The translations under genes and the position numbers were made by a program. The notes below the pieces were generated by a model, which had not been told where the DNA came from, ran no database searches, and saw only the letters and a list, made by a program, of their open reading frames with translations. This document shows positions 27,938-42,379 of a DNA stretch of 64,000 bases, piece by piece. This DNA comes from Octopus sinensis (Eukaryota). The stretch covers positions 66,278,001 to 66,342,000 of the forward strand of contig NC_043003.1 of the NCBI RefSeq assembly GCF_006345805.1, given 5' to 3'. Position 1 is the first letter of the stretch. Each line of letters starts with the position of its first letter.

Positions 27938-28162
27938 CGTCTGTTTTCCACCTTTACTGAACGTCATGCTCACATATTCCATATGCACGTCCTTGTTGTT
28001 TTCTTATTTGTTATTGATAATGTTCGATTTTTAATGTTTGATTTGATTATATATATATAATATATATATATATATATAGTAAATCCGCAAATAAAAAACA
28101 AAGAACAAACACGAGAAAAAACAACAACGCGAGGACGTGGTACGGGAAAGGAAAGAAAGGTG

Positions 28163-28197
28163 GTTTCATGTTTCCAGCCAAGCACTTCGTCTGAAAC
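28163..28197 (-). ncRNA. Decayed hammerhead motif in module 28078-28240
   Basis: GTTT-CAGACGA-A-GTGCttgGCTG-GAAAC-ATG-AAAC; topology kept, several substitutions. Confidence 0.4.
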
Positions 28198-28237
28198 AGG
28201 AGACGAAGGAACGTCCAAGAGGAAACGAAAATGGAGG

Positions 28238-28304
<67 letters not shown>

Positions 28305-28516
28305 TGTGTGTGTGTGTAAAGGTGTGCCTGTCTGGTAAGAAGCTTGCTTCCCAACCACATGTTTCGGGGTTCAGTCCTATTAAGTCGCACCTTGGGCAAG
28401 TGTGTTTTCCTATAACATCGGGCCGACCAAAGACCTGTGAGCGGATTTAATAGATGGAAAATGAAAGACACCCAATGTGTATATATATATATATATTGTG
28501 GTGTGTGTGCGTGTGC

Positions 28517-28573
<57 letters not shown>

Positions 28574-28575
28574 AC

Positions 28576-28760
28576 CATGATAGATCGCTATCCATTAACC
28601 TTATTCTGTTCTCTTTCCCTGTTTATTTCTGTGTTCCTTTCTGTCGAAGACCGTAGGCTCGAAACGTAAAAGGGTCTCTTATTTCCCGAGCGTTAAACTA
28701 ATACATTTGTTTGTTGTTTACACAACCGTCTTCGTCTTTTGTTTTTTGTAAATTCTCACA
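28576..28760 (+). mobile_element. Solo pseudo-LTR with U6 HHR motif (28636-28673), inside the microsatellite of a SINE
   Basis: CCTTT-CTGTCGA-A-GACCgtagGCTC-GAAAC-GTA-AAAGG; (TA)n both sides. Confidence 0.75.
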
Positions 28761-28982
28761 ATATATATATATATATGAATATATCTATGTGTGAGTGTGT
28801 TTGTGATTCTCCCCAGTCATCGCTTGACAACCGATGTCGGCGTGTTTAAGTTACCGTAACGTAGCGGTTCGGCAAAAGGGACGATAAATTAAGTACTAGG
28901 GTTACAAAAAAAAAACGGCTTGGGGTTGATATTTTGAACTAAAAACCATTTAAGGCGGTGCCCCATTATGGATTAAGCCAAA

Positions 28983-29082
28983 NNNNNNNNNNNNNNNNNN
29001 NNNNNNNNNNNNNNNNNNNNNNNNNNNNNNNNNNNNNNNNNNNNNNNNNNNNNNNNNNNNNNNNNNNNNNNNNNNNNNNNNN
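28983..29082. other. Assembly gap (100 N)
   Basis: N run. Confidence 1.
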
Positions 29083-29469
29083 TTGCTATATTATATATAT
29101 ATATACTACGGGGGCTTCTTTCAGTTTCCGTCTACCAAATCCACTCACATGGTTCTGAACCCAGACCTGTGAGTGGTAAGCAAGCTACTTACCACACAGC
29201 GACAACGCCACTGTAACATGTGATGCCATGAGAGTGGGATCGAATGCTGCATTGCATGTGTGGTTAGGACGGAATGAACACTACCTCAAAGCTCTCATAA
29301 TATTCTTGCCTTTGGTTGTTCGCTCTCAATTTTTCTAATGAGAGAGCTTTTTAATATAAAATTTTCACCCACATAGAATTTTACCTTTAGGGTTCATCGA
29401 AGTAATTGTTCTGACATAAGAGGTGCATAAGATGAAGGATAATTCTTTTACTGGGTGTAAAAGCAGCTG

Positions 29470-29540
29470 TTCAACGACTCAGACGCGGACCTGAGATATC
29501 TCGACTTTACAGAAGCCTTTGAGAGAGTCGACTATGATAT
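29470..29540 (+). mobile_element. CR1/L2-like RT fossil
   Basis: DADLRYLDFTEAFERVDY resembles the YLDFxKAFDxVxH motif. Confidence 0.45.
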
Positions 29541-29544
29541 GTAT

Positions 29545-29937
29545 TTTTTTATTGCCCACAAGGAGCAAAACACAGAGGGGGAAAACAAAGTAATTAAGTC
29601 GATTACATCGAGCTTGATGCGTAACTGGTACTTATTTAATCGACCCCGAAAGGATGAAAGGCAGAGTTGACCTCGGCGGAATTTGAACTCAGAACATAAC
29701 GGCAGACGAAATACCTATTTCTTTACTACCCACAAGGGGCTAAACACAGAGAGGACAAACAAGGCCAGACAAACGGATTAAGTCGATTATATCGACCCCA
29801 GTGCGTAACTGGTACTTAATTTATCGTCCCCGAAATGATGAAAGGCAAAGTCGACCTCGGTGGAATTTGAACTCAGAACGTAGCGGCAGACGAAATACCG
29901 CCCAGCGTGCTAACGATTCTGCCAGCTCGCCGCCTTA
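29545..29937 (-). mobile_element. Dimeric SINE array
   Basis: B boxes at ~29682 and ~29866. Confidence 0.85.
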
Positions 29938-31370
29938 TCTGCCAGCTACCTATGCGACAATGTTTTTCTACATGGGGAAATTTTGATTAACTGGGGTTAT
30001 CTTTGCAATTCGTAATCAAATCTTCCTTTCTTCTTGTTTAGAATCTACAAAAAAGATTTAGAGATAGCTCTATTAAAATTTGTCAAAAGAAGATTTTTTT
30101 CATTCTTTTTAATTTAGTAAACATTTTAATTTATCATTTCACACCGTGGGGAAAACAATGGACTACTCCGGTCTTATTAAACCTTCTTAACCAAATATAT
30201 TATTTTCTGTGTGCACTGTATGACGAAATGAATATATGCAAAACTATAGGGCATGTATAGATGCAGAATATTAATATCAACAGTGGACCTTAAGCGAAAG
30301 GTCTTCATTATAAATACAACAATCTATATGGGTGTAAATATTAAATATTAAATATTAAAATCGAGTTGGGTCTCGCATACCTAATTTTGTCGGGTTAAAA
30401 AATTGAAATTAAATGCAGCTTGTGGTTCACGATTTCGTTTTCCTTTAGTCTCCGTGCGTGCGCATGTGTGTGTGTGGATGTGCGTGTACATATGTGTGTG
30501 GCATATATATATATATATATATATCTATATATTATATATATAATATGTTGTATGTATGCATAAGTGTGTGTATACATATATGTAGTGGTAGATTAATAGA
30601 TAGATAGATGGATAGATAGGTAGAGATACGTATATGCATACACACACATATGCATATATATATATATATATTATATATATATATATACGTGTGTTTATAA
30701 ATCTATCTATATGTATATGTATGTATATGTATATACATATATATATATATATACATACGCACACAAACACACACACACGCACACGCACACGCACACACAT
30801 ATATATAGGTACCTATATGTTCAATTATAAGTAAGTATATAAGCATGCGTGTCTGTCTGTCTGTGAATTTGCGAATGTATATGATATGTATATGTGTGTG
30901 CGCGTGTATGCACTCATTCACACATTCATATGCATATATAGACAAGAATATGCATATGTATATCACACACACACTCACAAACGCACACAGAGGAATGCAA
31001 ATTTATGTGTGTCTTGCCTTAAGAATTTAAAATTTTAATCTGACCCCCCACACAAAAATGCAAAAACAACTAAACTATATGATTTCTACATTATCTGATA
31101 TCTCCTAGTTATCAATTCAACACACTAGCTTAAGCAATTTTTTCTTTTTAATTCCTCTCCAGGCTTTTATTTTGTGATCTATTTTTTCTGCTAAATAGAA
31201 CATCGGTTCGTGTTTTACATGAAAAAAAAAAAGAGAAAAAGTTCGAAATGAAATTTATGTCGTGAGGAATAAAATTCATAAAATATATTACCATTTCTGC
31301 AGTTGTATATGTATATACTTAAAGCCAAAAGCTAAAAATCGATTTTTAATATATACCATATGGTGTTGAA

Positions 31371-31434
<64 letters not shown>

Positions 31435-31486
31435 ATATTATATAATATATACATACAATATACATATATATATACATATATTATAC

Positions 31487-31519
<33 letters not shown>

Positions 31520-31677
31520 ATTATCATACATGCATATATATATATATATTATATAATATATATATATTATTTATACATACAGAATATATATATATAATAT
31601 AATATATATTGTATATATATATATATATATATATATAGTAATATAGATAGATATAGATAGATAGAATAGATAGATAG

Positions 31678-31727
<50 letters not shown>

Positions 31728-31874
31728 TATCGGTTCACATGTGTGTGTGTATATACCGTACGCTGTTGCACATTTCGCATGTGAAATAACTTCAATGAAC
31801 TGACAGCAAATTACTCACACCCATTTCGTACCATCATCTGCTAATGGAAGAAATAGTTATTATTATTATTATTA

Positions 31875-31913
<39 letters not shown>

Positions 31914-32850
31914 CATTATTATTATTGTTGTTGTTGTTGCTGTTGTTGTTGTTATTATTATTTTCATCATTATTATTATTATTATTATTATTGTTTTTAT
32001 GATTATTATTATTGTTCTTGTACTTGTTTTTATTATTATTATTATCATCATCAGCATCATTATTTGTAAGTATGTGTATACCATACCTATACTTTATTAT
32101 TTATTTCAAGAGATGTTGATGCCTAAAATTTATGTAACTTTTGGAAACTATATCAAATTACATTGTACAACTTAAGTATGAATACGTTTCAGTTATTTTA
32201 GAGTTGACGGCAACACAATTTTGATGGGTGCCATTCTAACATAAGCACAATTTTGCAGAGAGTGATTGTATTAGGGAAGCCCTTCGTTTGTGCATTTGTG
32301 TGCATATATATATGTATATGTACTGTTTTTATCTTTATTTTTACTGTTTTCTTTTCTTCATTTGCATTGCTTTTACGTCCTGTTCTTGTCACTATTTTTA
32401 CCCCTCCGCAAAAAAAATTTATTTAATTCATTTTGCGGGAAGGATTATCTCGGTGTGGTCGTGTTCTGCCCTTACCTTCGAAACACGAATTAAGTCGATA
32501 AAGGGGCAGCTGAAAAAGGGGAATGTTCCTTGTGTTGTTTGTCTTGTACTCTGTTTTTTCGTTGTTAAAAATATCCGTTTCCTTGTTTGGTTTTTATGTT
32601 TTCGTTTCTCGTTGTATTCTACGTTTATTTGTGGTTTCCTGTACTCATATATGCATGTATATATACATATAGATGTAGGTATGTACATATACGTATGTAT
32701 GTACATATATGTATGTATGTATGAATGTATGCATATGTTTTATTTATTAAATTGTTATTACATATATATATATATATTATTATACATTATATATTAATAT
32801 AGCGTATATATATAATATATGTGTACATATATATATATATATCAATTATG

Positions 32851-32889
<39 letters not shown>

Positions 32890-33107
32890 CTATATAATAT
32901 ATGTGTATATGTACGTATTTATATATATCAATATATGTTATATTTATATATGTATATATATATATGTATATATATATATGTATATATATGTGCAGATATA
33001 TATATATATGTTATACTATGGTATAATAATGTGCAGATATATATATATATTTATATATATATGTATATATAAATATGTGTATATATGTATATAATATATA
33101 TAATATA

Positions 33108-33153
<46 letters not shown>

Positions 33154-33860
33154 GTGTGTGTTGTGTGTGTGTGTGTGTTTATTTGGTGTGTATAATATAG
33201 ATACTTTTAAGAGACCGAATTACCCTCGAGCTACTCAATCATCATTGAATGACTTTATCCTCAATAGGTACATATAGGACTAAATATTAAAATTATCAAA
33301 ATTGATACTTGCATTTCGGATTCCACATTATCAAGATTAATACCTTCAATTCTTATTTCAAATAATATACTTTACTGTATATAGACTAGGCGCGTTTCAT
33401 GACAAAATATATATCCTCGATATTACTGAAATAGTATGTCTCTCAATACAAAAACATTATATTGCCAATCTTCAAGTCTAGCTTATATGAACTTATTTTG
33501 CTATTTACATCCTATATAAAGATATGACAAACTAAAATTATATAACTAGAAGTTGTTGGAATAATTTTACTTTAGTAAATAATGAACAGAAATGTGGAAT
33601 AAAAGTAGGAAAAATACATGTTAGTAGAAAGAAATGTGTGTGTGCATATGTATATATATGTGTGTGTATGTGTGTATAAGTGTGTGTATACATATATACA
33701 TAGATAAATAGATAGATAGACAGAGATACCTATATACATACACACACATATACACATATACATATACGTATATTTATAAATGCATCTATATGTATATATG
33801 CATACATACATACACGCACATACAAACATATAATACACTTCTATATTTAATAGATGAGGT

Positions 33861-34020
33861 ATTATGTACATTATTTACATTATTTACATTTGACGGATAC
33901 TTCTCCTGATCTTCTTGTTAACACAACGTTTCGTCTGATATACCCTCCAGCCTTCATCAGGTGCCTTGGGGAAATTTCGAATCTGGGTTCTCATTCCTAA
34001 GGTATTTTTCGATGTTTTTG
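33861..34020 (-). mobile_element. PLE pseudo-LTR fragment with canonical-core HHR (33920-33965)
   Basis: Reverse complement GGCAC-CTGATGA-A-GGCTGGagggtataTCAGAC-GAAAC-GTT-GTGTT; palindromic AACGTT stem III. Confidence 0.8.
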
Positions 34021-34023
34021 TTG

Positions 34024-34095
<72 letters not shown>

Positions 34096-34116
34096 TTAAT
34101 AATAATATTAATAATG

Positions 34117-34166
<50 letters not shown>

Positions 34167-34168
<2 letters not shown>

Positions 34169-35836
34169 ACTTGAAGGCCTATTGCGCACTGTGAAAGCAT
34201 TCAGCGATGACATCGGGATGGAGTTTGGGCTTGAGAAGTGTGCCAAGGCCACTTTCCAGAAAGGGAAAGTGAAGACCACAAATTCAGTCGTGTTAGATGT
34301 TGACACAGTCATAAGAGAGATTGAGCAAGAACAGACTTACAAATATTTAGGGATAAATGAAGGTTCTGGTATTCAGCATGCAAGCATGAAAGAGAAGATC
34401 AGGAAGGAATGTTATAGGAGAGTTCGTGCAGTCCTGAAATCTGAACTAAATGCACGTAACAAGGTGTTAGCTATAAATTCCTTAGCAGTTCCAGTTGTTA
34501 CTTATAGCTACAATGTGTTGAACTGGAATATGAGTGAAGAATATAGATAGGAAAATACGCAAGCTGCTGAGTTGTAATAGGATGCACCACCGAAAGGCAG
34601 ACGTAGATCGCCTTTACCTTCCCAGAGCCCAAGGAGGTCGGGGCCTGATCCAATTTGAAGTAGCTTACAAAACAACTACAATTGGACTGGCCAAATATCT
34701 CGAAATAACGAATGACTGGATGCTAAAGCTCGTGGAAAATCACGAGAGACGAAACAAGCTTCATTCTATCATAAAGGAAAGCAAAAAAATTGCTATTGAT
34801 CTCGTGCAGGATACCCAAACTGAACAACCCGAGGGAAGTACGGCAACTATTGTTGCAAAGAAGGTAAAAATAATGGCAACGTAAAAAGCGCACGAGCAAT
34901 TGGCTGATAGGTGGGAGGAGAAACCTCTGCACGGCAAATATGTGGCCCGCAGCAAACAAGCTGATGTTGACCAGAAGAAAACCCATCAGTGGCTACGGAG
35001 CTCAGGGCTAAAAGCAGAGAGCGAAGGCTTCATCCTGGCTGCTCAAGATCAAAGCCTATTAACCCGGAACTACCAGGCCAATGTGATGAAAAATGGAGCA
35101 GACGCAAAATGCCGATTCTGCAACGACATGATTGAAACAGTGGACAACCTAATCTCTGGATGTAAAGTCTTAGTACCAGTGGAGTATAAATTAAGACATG
35201 ACAGAGTTGGCCAATATCTACACTGGCTAATAAGTCGGCATTACAATATCAAAACTGCCGACAAGTGGTATAATCACCACCCTGAGGCTGTAACTGAAGG
35301 AGAAAATGTAACGATTCTGTGGGACTTTCCAGTACATACAGACCGAACCATCAAGGCCAATAAACCAGATTTTGTTGTGAAAGATCAAAACAATAAAGTT
35401 TGCTTATTGATCGACATGAGCATCCCCTGTGATCATAATATCTCAGCGAAAGAGTTTGACAAGCTCAGAAAATATAAAGACCTACTCATTGAAATTGAGA
35501 AAATGTGGCATCTCAAGGCGGTTACAATACCAGTGATCGTAGGAGCACTAGGAATGATCAAGAAGGGAATCGAAAATTATATGAGAATGATCCCTGCAAG
35601 AAGTGCAAAAGATTGTCTTAACTGGTACATCACACGTTTTGAGAAGAGCATTGTCGATGTGAGAACTGTTGCTGCTCATGTATTTTAATTTAACTTTAAA
35701 AAAATAATTTTTTAAATGAACGAACTATTGAGTTTGGTTTAATGGCCTACCAATGTATACTATGAGTTTCTTTGCCCTAGGAGTCGGGAAGACACTCGGC
35801 AAGAAATGGAAGCAAATTTGAAAGAAGGAAAAAAAA

Positions 35837-35837
<1 letters not shown>
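34167..35837 (+). mobile_element. 5'-truncated R4/Dong LINE (RT C-terminus, zinc knuckle, PD-(D/E)xK REL endonuclease) inserted in (TAA)n
   Basis: MEFGLEKCA, YKYLG, RLYLPRAQGGRGL, EKPLHGKY, AAQDQSL, CRFC..ETV..LISGC, RHD, KPD..LIDMSIP; two frameshifts and one stop; (TAA)n on both sides. Confidence 0.92.
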
Positions 35838-35877
<40 letters not shown>

Positions 35878-35881
<4 letters not shown>

Positions 35882-36048
35882 TCGAAATATACCTTAGGAA
35901 TGAGAACCCAGGTTCGAAATTTCTCCAAGATACCTGATGAAGGCTGGAAGGTATATCAACCGAAAAGCTGTGTTAACAAACAAGATGATGACAAACAAGA
36001 TGATGACAAATATCCATCATCTGTAAATAACGTAAATAAAGTTCATAA
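35878..36048 (+). mobile_element. PLE pseudo-LTR fragment with decayed HHR (35929-35974)
   Basis: GATAC-CTGATGA-A-GGCTGG..TCAACC-GAAAAGCT-GTGTT; homologous to 33861-34020. Confidence 0.8.
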
Positions 36049-36049
36049 T

Positions 36050-36309
36050 TTCTCTGTACGTGCATTGTTCTCGCGTACGCGTATTAGCGATCGCAACAGC
36101 TGATATACTTGCGCGTACAAATGCACGTTCCCACGGCTTTATACATCGTATTCTCACATGGAATCGATTTTTGTAATTTTTAAAGACATATACACGCCCT
36201 GATACCGTCGGTATCTACAGATCAAATTTGAGCGCATTCGGATAGAGGATGCCCGAGATCCTAGAAGGCAAACACACACAGACAGACAGAACGGATTTTA
36301 TATAATAGA
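36050..36309 (-). mobile_element. Helitron-like 5' portion
   Basis: Reverse complement starts A|TCTATTATATAAAA then (CTGT)n(GT)n. Confidence 0.5.
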
Positions 36310-37129
36310 TTATGGATTCTAAAGTAGATTCAAATAATTTAAATATACTTCATTAAACTCATCAAAGACCATAGTTACAAAAACACATTAAAATATACAA
36401 TTTCAAACTGTTTTCGCTTCTTTCAGAATATATTAATTGTAATGTACGTGTTTAATGGTTTGCTACTACAAAATTAAAAACCTCCATTTTGTTCTGGATT
36501 GGTCTTCTGAGATATCGAACTTCGATTTACGACCAATTCGAAAAATTTTCAATCTATTATTCGTGACTTGTGATTTGAAGATGATAGCGACTTAGTTGCT
36601 CACACAGCTTAAATATACAAATTCTCATGCATCATATTTCTATTTCTTGCAAGGTATTTAAACTCAGCAAGAGTGTTTTAATATGCCCCCGCTGTGGAAG
36701 GAACAGAATTTTGTACACCTGCCTGCACACTCAGCCGTTCTTATTCCCTGTATGATGCGATTTGTTTAAAGTTTCACAAGACAATCGATTCCTTCCATAG
36801 CTCTTGTCTCGAGTCGGGTCCCTATTTGGTAAGGTGTACCGTGCGTTTGTGATGACGTTGCTGTCTCGCTCACGTGAGACATCGGCCCTTTACAGGTATC
36901 ATGAACGCTATGCAGCAAAAAAAGTATTCATTGCAACGAAATTCAAGTCCACAAAGCAACTTCTGTGTTTCTGCCCCTCACATTCGTCTAAGATACACAC
37001 AGATGCGCGCGCACACACACATATGCGCGAACGTACGTATGTATATGTGTGTGTATGTGTGTGTATGTGTGTGTGTGTGTGTGTGTGTCCGTCTGTATAC
37101 TGTACTTTAATATTATGTGTTGGTTGTAG

Positions 37130-37336
37130 ACGAGCATCACCATCATACGGGCGATGGCGTATTTTTCCAGTCGTCCGTGAATAACATGTCCGTTCACGGG
37201 AAATATTAGCTTTCCTGGAAATAGGTGAAGACTGGCGACAGTATTGGTTCCATCTGTAGACAAACCTCCCTCGACAAATTCCAGCTGACCGGTGCAAGCA
37301 TGGGGAAGTGGACGTTAAATGATGATGATGATGATT

Positions 37337-37374
<38 letters not shown>

Positions 37375-37382
37375 AATGATGA
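37130..37382 (+). mobile_element. Retroposon 3' end with (GAT)n tail
   Basis: GCAAGCATGGGGAAGTGGACGTTAAAT followed by (GAT)n. Confidence 0.5.
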
Positions 37383-38001
37383 AGTTGTTTGTAGTGGTAG
37401 AGGTGGTGGGTTCAATTAGAGTCAAGGGAATTTGCTTCACACAGATCGCAGCGATATATTCTCCTGTAACACCGAGATTTGTTTATGGAGTTAAATTCCA
37501 ATACTGAATTTTTTAAAATTCAGTTTGAATTCACAGGCTGAATGTTATGAAATTTTAAACTAAGATATATACTAGCAGACATTTAATTTCCAAGCCGAAC
37601 ACTTAAGCAACAGTCTAGTTGGCTCCAACAGCCATATTTTTGCTTCCAAAACCTGTTGAGCGGAACCCAACCATGGGCCTTACATGTATACGCCTAAAAA
37701 ACGTAATAAGTTTCAGTAACCCAAACATTTGATATATCTGGAATGCATGCCGACACTTAGACTATCAACACAGGGGGCTCTAATAATACGGACATCTGAC
37801 TCTTACTTATAAATAATAGTCGCCTTTATATCTTTATTAACCTATCTTCACCCCAAATCCGTGGCGCCTACACTTTATATCGACAAACTTTACTCCTGAC
37901 AAATCAGCTGAAATTTATATTTACACTTCCACAGGTTGCGCAATCGACCAACAACTGAGATCAGTTCCAAGATTCAAAATTGTTGTAATCAAATATTTAC
38001 G

Positions 38002-38204
38002 CAAGCGCTTCTCATCCGCGGCTCTTCGGGCCGCATGCAGTCCAAAGTATTCTTCCGACGGCCCTCAACGGTTTTCTTTGCATAAAATATAATAATGTTT
38101 TTTTCTTTAATTTTGATATGATTTATGTTTTTTTTTTTGGTGTGGCCCCATAAAATCTCCACGTTTGGGGTCTGACACGAATATTAAAGAGGTTGAGAGC
38201 CACT
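38002..38204. mobile_element. hAT/Charlie-like MITE
   Basis: AAGCGCTTCTCATCC...GGTTGAGAGCCACTT ends; internal GGGCCGCATGC/GGCCC motifs. Confidence 0.45.
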
Positions 38205-38621
38205 TATCAGGACACTTACAATATAGAGTTCGACAGGCAGCTAGCTGGATTTGACCAAAGTACAGTCAGCGTTTGGTGAACATCCATTACTGTGAACAGA
38301 TATAAGTAATCAGTCAAGTTTAATAATCCCTACTTAGGTTGTCACGCTTCCCCATATATCTTGTGTATATCAGGAATTCTAGGAGATTCAACAAAGATTA
38401 ATTGATATTCGTTTCAGGAAGGCTCGCAGCTTATTTTGTAGGGTGTTGCACTCACGATCGCGGAATCGCAGTTTCAAATTTTCGACCAGGCAGTGCGTTG
38501 CGTTCTTGAGCAAGTCACTTCGTTTCACGCTGTTCTGCGATCACTTCGACACATGTCGTGTGGTAAGACGTGCACCTTTAAGGACAAAGTCGATTTCATG
38601 GAGGGAGTGAGCTGTTGAAGG

Positions 38622-39090
38622 GGTGCATGGCTGTGTGGTAAGAACTTTGCTTTCCAACCACATGGTTCCGGGTTCAGTCCCACTGCATGAAACCTTGGAA
38701 AAGTTTCTTCTCGTATCGACCAGAGGCGTATGAGTGTCCTTATTAGAGAGAATCTGAAAGAAGCCAGTCTTCTACATACATATATATATACACACACATA
38801 TATATAGATACACATACATACGTATATATACATATATATGTATATATGTGTGCGTGTATGTATGCATTTGTGTGAGATTTTGTCTGTTTTTGCCCCATCA
38901 CCACTACCACTTGACAAGTGGCACTGTTATATCTACGACGATGTCACTTAGAAGTTCAGCAAAAGTGACCGATGGTTTAAGAACAGGTTTTACAAATAAT
39001 AAGGGCTGGGGTCGATTCTTTCGACTAAAAATTCTTCAAAGCGGTGCCCCAGCATGTCCGCAATCAAATGACAGAAACAATTAAAAGACA
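38622..39090 (+). mobile_element. Copy of the CORE-like SINE
   Basis: Colinear with 43126-43512. Confidence 0.8.
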
Positions 39091-39199
39091 CAAAAGAAAA
39101 TATTTGATCACTATAAACGAATCTTTTGTGCAGGTTCTTCTGCAAGAAATTGCAGAAACCTCTTTCTCGGACGACGAGAGATTTCTAACAACTAATATT

Positions 39200-39775
39200 C
39201 AGAAACGTTAGCATGCCGGGCGAAATGCTTTGTGGTATTTCGTCCGCCGCTACGTTCTGAGTTCAAATTCAGCCGAGGTCGACTTTGCCTTTCATCCTTT
39301 CGGGGTCGATTAAATAAGTACCAGTTACGCTCTGGGGTCGATATAATCGACTTAATCCGTTTGTCTGTCCTTGTTTGTCCTCTCTGTGTTCAGCCCTTGT
39401 GGGTAGTAATGAAATAGGTATTTCGTCCGCCGCTGCGTCCTGAGTTCAAATTCCGCCGAGGTCGACTTTTCCTTTCATCCTTTCGGGGTCGATAAATTAG
39501 GCACAAGTTACGCACTAGGGTCGATGTAATCGACTTAATCCGTTCGTCTCTCTTTGTTTGTTCCCTCTGTGTTTAACCCCTTGTGTGTAGTAAAGAAATA
39601 GAATTAGGTATTTCGTCTGTCTTTACGTTCTGAGTTCAAATTCCGCCGAGGTCGACATTACCTTTCATTCTTACAGGGTCGATAAATTAAATACCAGTTG
39701 CGTATTGGGGATCGGTCAAATCGACAGGCTACTTCTCGAAAAATTTCCGGCCTTGTACCTAGTGTACAAAAGAAT
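39200..39775 (+). mobile_element. Trimeric SINE array
   Basis: B boxes at 39259, 39442, 39632. Confidence 0.85.
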
Positions 39776-40499
39776 ACTCAGTGAGAAATCCTTATACTGC
39801 AATGAGCTCCATTTAACTTCCGGTATCATGTAAAATGATCCTATATTTACGCGGCTGACTTTCCTTGTAAAGACCTCTCTCGTTTGGCTCCTTCAAAACG
39901 ATACCAGGAAAGATAAAAAGGAATTTGGTATTCAGATAAGTTCCCTTAATTTCCAAATTCGTAATCTCTATGGATTAACTTTCATTTTCATGATTCCACG
40001 GTCAATAAAACTCATTACCACAGGTGTGGCTGTGTTCGATTGGAATGTCTATTATTTCTTCACTTAATTAATAACCTTGTGTTAATTTTAAAAGATATGA
40101 TATTAATCATTAGATTGAATGCTGAAGACGGTGAGTTGGCAGAATCGTTAACACGCTGGAAGAAATGCTTAGCGGTATTTTGCCCGTCGCTACGTTCTGA
40201 GTTCAAATTCCACCGAGGTCGATTTTGCCTTTCATCCGTTCGGGGTCTATAAATTAAGTACCAGTGAAATTCTGGGGTCGTTGTAATAGACTTGTCCCCT
40301 CCTCACCAAACTTCAGGCCTTGTGCCTATAATAGAAAGGATCATAGTCTTTTTTTTTCTCTTTTTTTTTATTTGGTTGAAGGGGTACCGCTGAATATCGC
40401 AACCAGTCATTGAACGATGACGGGAATATCTGTAGGATCTGTCGAAGTTATGCTTTTCTAGTCTCTGTTGTTGAAGGGGAGATAATCATTCCGAAATGC

Positions 40500-41280
40500 A
40501 TGCATCCAGTACTCTTTTTAGAGAACGCTTCGGACCGATTCGGAGTGTTTACGCACATTTGTCTAAAATGAGAAATTTTCTGGAGGTCAAAATACAGTGA
40601 ATGGTTTTCTTTAGGGCCAAATATGCTTCGGGCATATTTGAACTTGTAACAATAAGTAAGATTTGAGCACTGAGCTGATATAATCAATTTACCGCCTCTC
40701 CATATATTTTCTGGCCTCATGATCGGTTTCGTGCAAGGAATAGAATTGAGTGTTAGGCAACAAGTCGATTATATAACCTTACGTTCGTCAGAGTTAGCCG
40801 ATATGGAAGAGAAAAACGAGACGGCTCTCTATTGTCGGAGTTGGAAAATAGACCAACGAACACAACTATATATACATATGGCACCACTACACAGATCCCA
40901 CACCCAATCCCCACAGGACCAGCAGATATAATAAAGCACACATCCTCCACAAACACTTTAAGTTAACTCTTACCCAACCACGGGACATAACTCCTATTCT
41001 AATCCCCTAGCCCGGTTTTTGTTACAGCACCTTTTCCCCAGAAAACGCAAATCGGTTGTGTTAATCCATCACCAACAACAGAGGGCAGACGCCATATTCC
41101 ATTACATATCGGCAAACTCTGACGAGCGCAAAGTTGTACAATCGGATAGTTACCTAAGACTCGATTGCATTCTTTGCATGAAACTGATTGGTAAGATCAG
41201 TCGTCGTAGATACATAATGCTGTACATTTCGGATAATATAGTCAATCTATTGACAGATATACGAGTGCTTCTTCTCCCTG
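40500..41280. mobile_element. Two divergently oriented RTE-like RT fossils
   Basis: Minus: SAGPVGI..YRLTLTNVRLYNRLV..YFDLQK; plus (~41100): [15 protein letters not shown]. Confidence 0.5.
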
Positions 41281-41369
41281 ACTTATGGTCTCTTAGACAC
41301 TCACGCGTATATATGTATATGTATATATATATGTATATATATATACACATATTTATGTATATATATATA

Positions 41370-41417
<48 letters not shown>

Positions 41418-41447
41418 ATTATATATATATATATTTATATACATATG

Positions 41448-41520
<73 letters not shown>

Positions 41521-42379
41521 GTACACACGCGCACACACACACGCTCACGCACAATATACATCAAGTATACGTGCATTGGTACACGGACAATGCATTCGCC
41601 TCTGAAGAAAGAAACATCTGGGTTTTGACATGCGACCGGTTCACATTTTCACAAATGGATTTTGATAAAGACGAAGCTTATGAAATCGTTAATGTTTTCT
41701 TAAACGACTCCTCCAACAGTCATAACGGCAAACATACAATGACAGCCCTACATACTTTCACAATTTCCCCCTCCCTGGTGTAGTGGAGGGCGACGGCTTC
41801 CACGGAAAAGAAAATAACTACACAGTTAATATAATAATGATTTCGAGTGGTTTGTTTTGTTACTTGCTTTTCTTGTCTTCCCTTCTTTACGTTGTTATTG
41901 TAGTTTTTCTTATGTGATGTACATGTTGTTGTTGTACTTGCTGGTATTGTTGTTGTTGTACTTGCTGGTATTGTTGTTGTTGTTGTTGTTGTTGTTGATC
42001 TTATTGTTACTGTTTTTGTTAACGTTTGTTCCTGTGTTTTATTACGTTTTAGGTTTTGTCGTCGTGAGTGAATGTCGAGTGTGTGTCTGTGTAGTGCGTG
42101 TTTGTATGTGTGTGCATGGGTGTGTTTGTGTGTAAATATGTTTGTGGATGTACGATATAGTTTCGCGTGAGTATATGGATGTATAGTACTCAAACAGACG
42201 CACCCTCTCAGAAACGCACGCTTGAACACACGCAAACACACACACACCCTCTTTGTATTTATATATGTATATCTTTCTCTGTGTGTGTGTGAATATATAT
42301 GTATGTGAATATATATGCACATATATATTTGTATATGTATCACCGTCTCTGTAAATATATCTGTACATATATACGTATA

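Noticed and set aside
33385-33447. Possible HHR remnant on the minus strand (TTGAGA-GACA..TGTC-AT-GAAACGCG)
   Set aside because: Core too decayed to call
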